A stretch of DNA of 64,000 nucleotides from Nitrosopumilaceae archaeon (GTDB taxonomy: Archaea > Thermoproteota > Nitrososphaeria > Nitrososphaerales > Nitrosopumilaceae), in the NCBI GenBank assembly GCA_965200155.1, contig CBDATR010000009.1, positions 64,001-128,000 of the forward strand, written 5' to 3'. A program made the translations under genes and the position numbers. Below are positions 10,001 through 22,000 of this stretch, piece by piece. Under the pieces are notes generated by a model, which worked only from the letters and a program-made list of their open reading frames with translations, ran no database searches and was not told the origin of the DNA. Position 1 is the first letter of the stretch, and each line of letters begins with the position of its first letter.

Positions 10001-13000
10001 TTATATTTCCGCAGCCTAACGGTTGCGGCCTCATTGAAGGTACGGAATGGATTTCCAACTGGCGCTCCAGCGCTACCAATTTCCGCAGCCTAACGGTTGC
10101 GGCCTCATTGAAGGAACCGTGGAATTATTCATTACATTCGCACTTTGGTATTTCCGCAGCCTAACGGTTGCGGCCTCATTGAAGGAACTACTTTGTGTAC
10201 GCCGCATATGTCATGCCATGTGATTTCCGCAGCCTAACGGTTGCGGCCTCATTGAAGGGTTATTTTGGCGATCCCACGTGATTCTGGCCCATATATTTCC
10301 GCAGCCTAACGGTTGCGGCCTCATTGAAGGTAGAAGGATCTGTCCAAGAAACGCCATATGGATATAATTTCCGCAGCCTAACGGTTGCGGCCTCATTGAA
10401 GGTAAAAGTGGAGTCTGGCAAGATCCCACTTTTTTCATATTTCCGCAGCCTAACGGTTGCGGCCTCATTGAAGGCTTACCCTCGCCGTGAACAAAGTCAC
10501 ATTCTATGCAAATTTCCGCAGCCTAACGGTTGCGGCCTCATTGAAGGTAACACATATATGGGGGTATTATGTTAAACATGTTACAATTTCCGCAGCCTAA
10601 CGGTTGCGGCCTCATTGAAGGAGGATGTGGCGACCTATATGTCGCTCACGGGACCTGATTTCCGCAGCCTAACGGTTGCGGCCTCATTGAAGGACGCAAA
10701 ATCCTTGACATGCACCGGCCATTATTCAAATTTCCGCAGCCTAACGGTTGCGGCCTCATTGAAGGACGTGAACAGTGTAATTTTGTAGAGCTTTTGAGCC
10801 AGATTTCCGCAGCCTAACGGTTGCGGCCTCATTGAAGGCGATCATATGACTCACTCCACCCCACCAAAAAATTAAGATTTCCGCAGCCTAACGGTTGCGG
10901 CCTCATTGAAGGAGGAGGACTGAGGGTAAGGACTGGCAGTCGCAATATAATTTCCGCAGCCTAACGGTTGCGGCCTCATTGAAGGAGATTCTCGCGATAT
11001 GCGATTTGTGATGCATGTACTATTTCCGCAGCCTAACGGTTGCGGCCTCATTGAAGGTAACCCTAATACTCCTCATGGTATTCGTCCTGCTACTACTATA
11101 TTTCCGCAGCCTAACGGTTGCGGCCTCATTGAAGGAAAGCTGCGGAATCCAATAGACCTTGTGCCACTGCCTGATTTCCGCAGCCTAACGGTTGCGGCCT
11201 CATTGAAGGCAAACCCTCGATTATCAATATCCTTTAAAAGAGGTGCATTTCCGCAGCCTAACGGTTGCGGCCTCATTGAAGGTGTGATCGATTTAAAATT
11301 TGCGACGGGTTTAGATATATTTCCGCAGCCTAACGGTTGCGGCCTCATTGAAGGCATGTATCTTTATTGCACGGAATCATTGTGTCGACTATTTCCGCAG
11401 CCTAACGGTTGCGGCCTCATTGAAGGGACTCATCACAAACATTAATCTATGACCCTGTGCATTGCGGCCCCGCACGTCAAACCATTTCCGCAGCCTAACG
11501 GTTGCGGCCTCATTGAAGGGACTCATCACAAACATTAATGGCGGAGGATGTCGGGATTTCCGCAGCCTAACGGTTGCGGCCTCATTGAAGGCGGTGGTTG
11601 TACTAGTTAGTAATGAATCTGCCTTGGATTTCCGCAGCCTAACGGTTGCGGCCTCATTGAAGGCTTACTGAGTAGACTCGATCTGCGATGTGGACGTAAC
11701 GATTTCCGCAGCCTAACGGTTGCGGCCTCATTGAAGGGAATTCGTAAATAATCGCGGCGTTAATAGCACAATAATTTCCGCAGCCTAACGGTTGCGGCCT
11801 CATTGAAGGACCCGAATTGCAAATCTTAATATGGCCGCCGAATGGAAATTTCCGCAGCCTAACGGTTGCGGCCTCATTGAAGGGTTAAACCAAATTCGTT
11901 TGTGCCGTCTCCGAATTCTCCATTTCCGCAGCCTAACGGTTGCGGCCTCATTGAAGGAACGAACGCTCCAAAAATTCCAATTCCGGCGTTATGTATTTCC
12001 GCAGCCTAACGGTTGCGGCCTCATTGAAGGGACCATGTTAATATTACCTGTCCACTCTGTATGACACATTTCCGCAGCCTAACGGTTGCGGCCTCATTGA
12101 AGGACTGAGTTCATGTGCTTTGATCTCATGTTTGTATTATTTCCGCAGCCTAACGGTTGCGGCCTCATTGAAGGTGTCGATACTAATATTGCCTGGGATG
12201 CTTACGAAATTATTTCCGCAGCCTAACGGTTGCGGCCTCATTGAAGGTTGTAATATTGATCGAGAGCCCGCGATTCATTATATCATTTCCGCAGCCTAAC
12301 GGTTGCGGCCTCATTGAAGGTGGCATCAGTTGCATCTTATTCACAGAGGTTGGGAGAATTTCCGCAGCCTAACGGTTGCGGCCTCATTGAAGGACATATC
12401 CATTCCATGGTCTTTGCTCATCATATTGGTATTTCCGCAGCCTAACGGTTGCGGCCTCATTGAAGGAGTCAATTAAAAGGAGATATTGAGCCGGCGTGGA
12501 ATTCATTTCCGCAGCCTAACGGTTGCGGCCTCATTGAAGGGGGGAATTTTCCATGTAAGTTATGGGTGCTAATAGACATTTCCGCAGCCTAACGGTTGCG
12601 GCCTCATTGAAGGTATACACTCACTGCATATAGAGTGGCTCCTGAGGAGATTTCCGCAGCCTAACGGTTGCGGCCTCATTGAAGGTAATGACCGGTTTAC
12701 TTATCATATTTTCACCATACTTATTTCCGCAGCCTAACGGTTGCGGCCTCATTGAAGGCACACGCGCGACTCTATAGGCATGACCCAGGCTTGAATTTCC
12801 GCAGCCTAACGGTTGCGGCCTCATTGAAGGTTTTGTCCATTTTGCTTGTTGCATACTCTAGTATACGATTTCCGCAGCCTAACGGTTGCGGCCTCATTGA
12901 AGGGACATTCTAAAAGTGACCGTACCGGGTCCACTTTTATTTCCGCAGCCTAACGGTTGCGGCCTCATTGAAGGGACAATGGCGTGACAGGCAGCGATCT

Positions 13001-16000
13001 CCGAGGCAAGATTTCCGCAGCCTAACGGTTGCGGCCTCATTGAAGGTGTTAGTAGTGTTTTAGCAAATCCATGGCTATTAAGATTTCCGCAGCCTAACGG
13101 TTGCGGCCTCATTGAAGGTAGCATAATCGTTTGTCATAAGCCATTTTTTTACGCGGATTTCCGCAGCCTAACGGTTGCGGCCTCATTGAAGGTGGACTAA
13201 TGACACACGGGCGTCCGTGGCCTGAAATATTTCCGCAGCCTAACGGTTGCGGCCTCATTGAAGGCTCCCCAATGCCGCCATTAATTTTGTCTCGCGGCGG
13301 AATTTCCGCAGCCTAACGGTTGCGGCCTCATTGAAGGACGGCAACAGGCCTTAATGACGGCACGACATATTGGATTTCCGCAGCCTAACGGTTGCGGCCT
13401 CATTGAAGGGGTGCATATTTTGTGGCCGACAGTCTGTATGGCGCTTATTTCCGCAGCCTAACGGTTGCGGCCTCATTGAAGGTGACTATTACTGCTTTTT
13501 TTGGGCTTCGCTTTTTGATTTCCGCAGCCTAACGGTTGCGGCCTCATTGAAGGTCCTGATAAAAATCGATCCTATATACTTTCCATGTGCGATTTCCGCA
13601 GCCTAACGGTTGCGGCCTCATTGAAGGACGAATGGAGGGCCTGAAAGGTAAACTGACTGGCGGGATTTCCGCAGCCTAACGGTTGCGGCCTCATTGAAGG
13701 GTCGAGTTCATGGAGATTACATCAAGCCGGGATATAATTTCCGCAGCCTAACGGTTGCGGCCTCATTGAAGGTACTATACACTCGAATCCTCGCACTCCT
13801 CATTCTACTATTTCCGCAGCCTAACGGTTGCGGCCTCATTGAAGGACTTAGTAAAAGTGACCGCCCAAGGTCCACTTTTTAATTTCCGCAGCCTAACGGT
13901 TGCGGCCTCATTGAAGGTGTGGTAAACCAAATTGGCGTGGGCGACGGCACGGATATTTCCGCAGCCTAACGGTTGCGGCCTCATTGAAGGCCCGCCCTGC
14001 ACCCCTTGCCACCATACCGCATACAAATTTCCGCAGCCTAACGGTTGCGGCCTCATTGAAGGGTTCGATGTTAGGACTGAGTCCACCGCAGGATATGGGA
14101 TTTCCGCAGCCTAACGGTTGCGGCCTCATTGAAGGACATTGTGGTTGGCAGGTCTAGTCGGCGCGGGAATGGCATTTCCGCAGCCTAACGGTTGCGGCCT
14201 CATTGAAGGTGAGATAGCAGTAGTAGGATCTTTAAGGATTTCTTTATTTCCGCAGCCTAACGGTTGCGGCCTCATTGAAGGAGGATGAGGCAAAAGCAGC
14301 AAGACGCCGCGATTATGTATTTCCGCAGCCTAACGGTTGCGGCCTCATTGAAGGTTCGAAGAGATGGATCTTACCAGAAAAAAACAATGGGCATTTCCGC
14401 AGCCTAACGGTTGCGGCCTCATTGAAGGTTGTGACCTGTCCATTACCGCTCTCTGCAATAGCAATTTCCGCAGCCTAACGGTTGCGGCCTCATTGAAGGG
14501 TGCCTATGTTGTTGCCGATGTATTTTTTTTGGCTCGAGATTTCCGCAGCCTAACGGTTGCGGCCTCATTGAAGGCGCCAGGTTCATAAAGCTCGCATTGA
14601 CCCGTGCCATATTTCCGCAGCCTAACGGTTGCGGCCTCATTGAAGGGATAATGTAACAGGTGAATTTTTGAGCGGGACAGATTATTTCCGCAGCCTAACG
14701 GTTGCGGCCTCATTGAAGGCAAATTCCATGTTGTATATTTCCCTCATGTCTTTTTTATTTCCGCAGCCTAACGGTTGCGGCCTCATTGAAGGGAACAAGC
14801 GGTCAAGTCACAATAAGTTGGAATGCCGATTTCCGCAGCCTAACGGTTGCGGCCTCATTGAAGGAATCGCCCATTGCTCATGAATGTACTTAGTTAATTC
14901 CTATTTCCGCAGCCTAACGGTTGCGGCCTCATTGAAGGTTCAATGTCCATACGGCATATGTCGGCGATTGATTTATTTCCGCAGCCTAACGGTTGCGGCC
15001 TCATTGAAGGAATCCGTAATGCTCATACGAGCCGTCAGTGTCGCTCATATTTCCGCAGCCTAACGGTTGCGGCCTCATTGAAGGTATAAAAACAACCATG
15101 CATACTGTAAAGCATGTAACAATTTCCGCAGCCTAACGGTTGCGGCCTCATTGAAGGGCCTCAACCACGTGCATCTCTTTCTTGGCGGCCTCAAATTTCC
15201 GCAGCCTAACGGTTGCGGCCTCATTGAAGGTGTTCAAGCCAAGCTTATGGTTGAATATTCAACGCCTTATTTCCGCAGCCTAACGGTTGCGGCCTCATTG
15301 AAGGTGCTTGTTGCATAGTATACATACGGCATTACGGTATAATTTCCGCAGCCTAACGGTTGCGGCCTCATTGAAGGGATCAAAGCCCTAAACCACAGGC
15401 CGCCGCGAGCATAATATTTCCGCAGCCTAACGGTTGCGGCCTCATTGAAGGTTGGCAAAATCATTGTATTATTCGTACCACCACCTATGATTTCCGCAGC
15501 CTAACGGTTGCGGCCTCATTGAAGGGTGTAAGGGCGCGCAATGCAACTGGTTGGGGTGCATAATTTCCGCAGCCTAACGGTTGCGGCCTCATTGAAGGGC
15601 GTGCGCCAGGGCTCGCGAATCGCATGGATCAATATTTCCGCAGCCTAACGGTTGCGGCCTCATTGAAGGCCTCGATATTGTTGGCCGTGTCTATAAGAGT
15701 ATTAAATTTCCGCAGCCTAACGGTTGCGGCCTCATTGAAGGTACTCAACCCAAAAGAAGTCCTCGGGTATCTGGTTCATATTTCCGCAGCCTAACGGTTG
15801 CGGCCTCATTGAAGGCGACGTTCCCTTGTATAAGACACATTTTGTTATACATATTTCCGCAGCCTAACGGTTGCGGCCTCATTGAAGGACCAAAAGTCGC
15901 TAATTACAAAAAATACGCATGGTGTATTTCCGCAGCCTAACGGTTGCGGCCTCATTGAAGGGATGGTATAGTCACGATTAATTACCTGTCCCTTTTCATT

Positions 16001-19000
16001 TCCGCAGCCTAACGGTTGCGGCCTCATTGAAGGTTAGTCGCTGTATATCTCGATATAATTTACCTAATGGGGATTTCCGCAGCCTAACGGTTGCGGCCTC
16101 ATTGAAGGCAGTTAGGAGCCATGCGGTATATTTGTGGTACAATAATTTCCGCAGCCTAACGGTTGCGGCCTCATTGAAGGAATTTGCTGGGCGTGCCTGC
16201 TCTTGCGACTCTATCTAATTTCCGCAGCCTAACGGTTGCGGCCTCATTGAAGGAGGACGCAGGCAGGGCGATATATGATGACAGCATATAATTTCCGCAG
16301 CCTAACGGTTGCGGCCTCATTGAAGGGTTGAGTGGTTTGATAATTTAGGATTGCATGGTGTATATTTCCGCAGCCTAACGGTTGCGGCCTCATTGAAGGG
16401 TGCGATGTATCTGGTTTGTTTTGGAGCGCTGTTATAAATTTCCGCAGCCTAACGGTTGCGGCCTCATTGAAGGCACATATCTGTAACCACATTGCTCGCA
16501 CTCAAAAGCAAATTTCCGCAGCCTAACGGTTGCGGCCTCATTGAAGGGCCGATTCATATTCCGTAAGAAGGTATAGCAGTGAAACATTTCCGCAGCCTAA
16601 CGGTTGCGGCCTCATTGAAGGATTACCCGCGGGAACAAAAACCAATGTGGCAATTAATTTCCGCAGCCTAACGGTTGCGGCCTCATTGAAGGTATTCCCC
16701 AAGGTGTCAATCGACGTAAAGAAAGTAGAATTTCCGCAGCCTAACGGTTGCGGCCTCATTGAAGGATGAATTACAGTTGGATCTTAATGAAACTGAACGT
16801 GAATTTCCGCAGCCTAACGGTTGCGGCCTCATTGAAGGATATTGTAATTAAGTATACATCTATATATGCCAGGCAATTTCCGCAGCCTAACGGTTGCGGC
16901 CTCATTGAAGGGCATCGGCCCAGGCACCACAGTCACATCTCTTTTTGATTTCCGCAGCCTAACGGTTGCGGCCTCATTGAAGGGTCTTTGTGGCGCGGCT
17001 CAAAACTAGTGATGTGTCCTATTTCCGCAGCCTAACGGTTGCGGCCTCATTGAAGGGGAACCAAAAGTCACGACGATATGTCGCACTTAGTATAATTTCC
17101 GCAGCCTAACGGTTGCGGCCTCATTGAAGGTATTTGCCGTGGTCACTGGCGGCAACATACTTACCCGATTTCCGCAGCCTAACGGTTGCGGCCTCATTGA
17201 AGGGCGGCGCGCCTGGCAATACAATCGGGGCCGCGGGCCTTGATTTCCGCAGCCTAACGGTTGCGGCCTCATTGAAGGGTGGAGCTGTTGGGGCTGCTAA
17301 CGGCGCCACAGGTGATTTCCGCAGCCTAACGGTTGCGGCCTCATTGAAGGCACATGGCGGCGGATCAATTGAGCAAATATATTCCAATTTCCGCAGCCTA
17401 ACGGTTGCGGCCTCATTGAAGGCAACCACCTGGTCGTCAAATATCACGGCCGCTGGCGATTTCCGCAGCCTAACGGTTGCGGCCTCATTGAAGGATTGAT
17501 CGCATGAATGAAGTGGCCGCTTATTGGCAAAATTTCCGCAGCCTAACGGTTGCGGCCTCATTGAAGGGATCTCGTGTTGTTTGTCTATTACCTCTGCCGA
17601 TACAAATTTCCGCAGCCTAACGGTTGCGGCCTCATTGAAGGTACGCGATTTGTTGCGTGGTTTTTTGACCAACACCCTATTTCCGCAGCCTAACGGTTGC
17701 GGCCTCATTGAAGGGACGTGGCCTCGGAAAAAAATGGCGTATGACAAAAGGCATTTCCGCAGCCTAACGGTTGCGGCCTCATTGAAGGTTTCCAGTATGT
17801 AATTCCACCGGGTGCGTTCTCGTAATTATTTCCGCAGCCTAACGGTTGCGGCCTCATTGAAGGTACTGTCCAACATCCACCACCGCCAATACTTCATAAT
17901 TTCCGCAGCCTAACGGTTGCGGCCTCATTGAAGGTTATCATCATGAGCATAATAGACGCGGCCAGTGTATTATTTCCGCAGCCTAACGGTTGCGGCCTCA
18001 TTGAAGGGTCTTTCCTTGCCATTGAATGGGATCTTTACATATACATTTCCGCAGCCTAACGGTTGCGGCCTCATTGAAGGGCCTCTATGAGTGCTTCTTT
18101 AAGGACTTTGTTAGTATAATTTCCGCAGCCTAACGGTTGCGGCCTCATTGAAGGTACCAAGTTGGGATGCTGCTTCGCGACTGCCTGATACAATTTCCGC
18201 AGCCTAACGGTTGCGGCCTCATTGAAGGTGGGTTATACCTACACCGCTCACATGCCTGCTCTATTATTTCCGCAGCCTAACGGTTGCGGCCTCATTGAAG
18301 GAGTAAGGCAGGGGGCGTGTGGCAAGGGGGGGTAATAGATTTCCGCAGCCTAACGGTTGCGGCCTCATTGAAGGTCTGGAGCACACAGTGCACTCAACCA
18401 AATGGCAAGATATTTCCGCAGCCTAACGGTTGCGGCCTCATTGAAGGTCTCAACAGCCGACGACGATCGCGAGGTATACGAGATTTCCGCAGCCTAACGG
18501 TTGCGGCCTCATTGAAGGTCAACCATTTCGGCCAATAAAATGTTCGATTTTTCAATTTCCGCAGCCTAACGGTTGCGGCCTCATTGAAGGGTAATGGTGT
18601 TGTTACCATTTCACCGGTATTTGGGTCATTTCCGCAGCCTAACGGTTGCGGCCTCATTGAAGGAATGTACCTTTGATTACGATACATTGCCCTATTTGTA
18701 TTTCCGCAGCCTAACGGTTGCGGCCTCATTGAAGGAATGTACCTTTGATTACGATACATTGCCCTATTTGTATTTCCGCAGCCTAACGGTTGCGGCCTCA
18801 TTGAAGGTAACGGTCACGCACACATTCGCGGCGGGGGAGGCCAATTTCCGCAGCCTAACGGTTGCGGCCTCATTGAAGGATCCCCATTATTGCTATGTTG
18901 TATTTGACTCGTATTATTTCCGCAGCCTAACGGTTGCGGCCTCATTGAAGGTTGTGATGAGGATATATTTCATGACACGATCCCGCCGATTTCCGCAGCC

Positions 19001-22000
19001 TAACGGTTGCGGCCTCATTGAAGGGTTTGAGGTTCGCTCAATTAACAGCGTAGGCACAGGGATTTCCGCAGCCTAACGGTTGCGGCCTCATTGAAGGGCA
19101 AATAGATGCATGTCATGCAACCAAACAATACATATTTCCGCAGCCTAACGGTTGCGGCCTCATTGAAGGTATATCTGCATATACGTCATGTGTCGACAGG
19201 AAGAATGATTTCCGCAGCCTAACGGTTGCGGCCTCATTGAAGGTTAGCAGTATTTGGGTTGGGCGTGCACATAACCATTACTGATTTCCGCAGCCTAACG
19301 GTTGCGGCCTCATTGAAGGCACGCATATTACTGCTACAGAGTTGGCAAAAGGAGCGATTTCCGCAGCCTAACGGTTGCGGCCTCATTGAAGGTTGGGCTT
19401 GGTGTGGATTCTGTCGTCGGCCTCAATATTTCCGCAGCCTAACGGTTGCGGCCTCATTGAAGGCGTGTGCGTATAATCGTACTCAAACTCACCAAGTATT
19501 AATTTCCGCAGCCTAACGGTTGCGGCCTCATTGAAGGGCCTCTTTCCGTCGCAATCACTTATCTGGTAAAAATATTTCCGCAGCCTAACGGTTGCGGCCT
19601 CATTGAAGGATGGCATAAGCCCAAGCACCACCGCGAATTACTTTAAATTTCCGCAGCCTAACGGTTGCGGCCTCATTGAAGGATTGTGCCCACAGAGACA
19701 GGTCAACGCAATTTGGTGATTTCCGCAGCCTAACGGTTGCGGCCTCATTGAAGGGGCAAAGGATCACAACAGGCATGGCAATTTGTGAGTAATATTTCCG
19801 CAGCCTAACGGTTGCGGCCTCATTGAAGGCATTAGACTTCCTCCACAATGGGGACTCTATATGCAATTTCCGCAGCCTAACGGTTGCGGCCTCATTGAAG
19901 GTCATCTTTCACGTCCTCAAGCAGGCCGCCTGTAAATATTTCCGCAGCCTAACGGTTGCGGCCTCATTGAAGGGGATTTTACAGCTTTTGGATCGATTGT
20001 GAGCGTGATATTTCCGCAGCCTAACGGTTGCGGCCTCATTGAAGGCGTGGTCACTGGCGGCAACATACTTACCCGATACGGGATTTCCGCAGCCTAACGG
20101 TTGCGGCCTCATTGAAGGCATTTTCCATACTCCATATGCACATGACATGTTATAATTTCCGCAGCCTAACGGTTGCGGCCTCATTGAAGGCTGAGTTCTG
20201 GCAATTTGCCGCCCTCTGCTATACCACATTTCCGCAGCCTAACGGTTGCGGCCTCATTGAAGGCGGGTGGTGCTGATATTGTGACTTGTGCCTGTGACAT
20301 TGATTTCCGCAGCCTAACGGTTGCGGCCTCATTGAAGGAGTGTAAATAATGAGAAATACATAGCACATATTGAGATTTCCGCAGCCTAACGGTTGCGGCC
20401 TCATTGAAGGGCCCAATACCGTGTCCGCACCTACCGTAACTTTACCGATTTCCGCAGCCTAACGGTTGCGGCCTCATTGAAGGAAGCGATTGTTTGTTTT
20501 CGTGCATTATCGAGTGCATTAATTTCCGCAGCCTAACGGTTGCGGCCTCATTGAAGGATGGGGACGGTCAGGTAACAATCAGGTGGAATGCCGATTTCCG
20601 CAGCCTAACGGTTGCGGCCTCATTGAAGGTGTTTGGTATTTAGCCAAATAGAAATATCCACATATTATTTCCGCAGCCTAACGGTTGCGGCCTCATTGAA
20701 GGTCATAACAGGACTAACTAATGGGGTTACGTATTGGTTATTTCCGCAGCCTAACGGTTGCGGCCTCATTGAAGGGAGACATCGTGACGGGTAACGACGG
20801 CGACGACATAGATTTCCGCAGCCTAACGGTTGCGGCCTCATTGAAGGCTGGTTTTCGACACAAAATCTGTACCTCTTCATTACTAATTTCCGCAGCCTAA
20901 CGGTTGCGGCCTCATTGAAGGAAATGACTTAAGTAGTCGCCCACACGTAAGCACGGAATTTCCGCAGCCTAACGGTTGCGGCCTCATTGAAGGCAATTCA
21001 TTAATTATATTACCATTCAATGGTATATAATTTCCGCAGCCTAACGGTTGCGGCCTCATTGAAGGGAATATACACCATAAAAGATATTAGTGTCGCATGT
21101 CAAATTTCCGCAGCCTAACGGTTGCGGCCTCATTGAAGGACGACTGCAGAATCGAGTTTAACAAATTTGGTGAGCTATTTCCGCAGCCTAACGGTTGCGG
21201 CCTCATTGAAGGATTGGTGAGTACGCGTTCGGTGCGAACAAGGCAGGATATTTCCGCAGCCTAACGGTTGCGGCCTCATTGAAGGTTGCTCTTCTCGTCT
21301 CTGGCGGTCTCTTCCTTCTAGATTTCCGCAGCCTAACGGTTGCGGCCTCATTGAAGGATTTGGGGGCAGTTCTTATAATCATGAGTCTCAAAGATTTCCG
21401 CAGCCTAACGGTTGCGGCCTCATTGAAGGAGATCTTAAAAAGTTCATTTTATCGAAAGCAGGTTCGAATTTCCGCAGCCTAACGGTTGCGGCCTCATTGA
21501 AGGTCCAATTTGCGGGTTAATTCCACATCACGCATGTTATTTCCGCAGCCTAACGGTTGCGGCCTCATTGAAGGCAACCACAAGTTAGTTAGCGGCTCCT
21601 TAGATATGACCGATTTCCGCAGCCTAACGGTTGCGGCCTCATTGAAGGGTTTCCTGGCGTTGTCTAGGGCGTTGTCAGAATGGGATTTCCGCAGCCTAAC
21701 GGTTGCGGCCTCATTGAAGGCACCAAAGATTAAACCTTGATAATTATGCGGGTGCCGATTTCCGCAGCCTAACGGTTGCGGCCTCATTGAAGGGTCGTCA
21801 TCATCGCCGCCGCCGTTACCGCCGTCATCAATTTCCGCAGCCTAACGGTTGCGGCCTCATTGAAGGCACAAAGCTACGGACTCGCTTGCCATGACAACTT
21901 GGGATTTCCGCAGCCTAACGGTTGCGGCCTCATTGAAGGTTTCACAACCCGTCAAAATCGCATGGATCAGGGGGGGGATTTCCGCAGCCTAACGGTTGCG

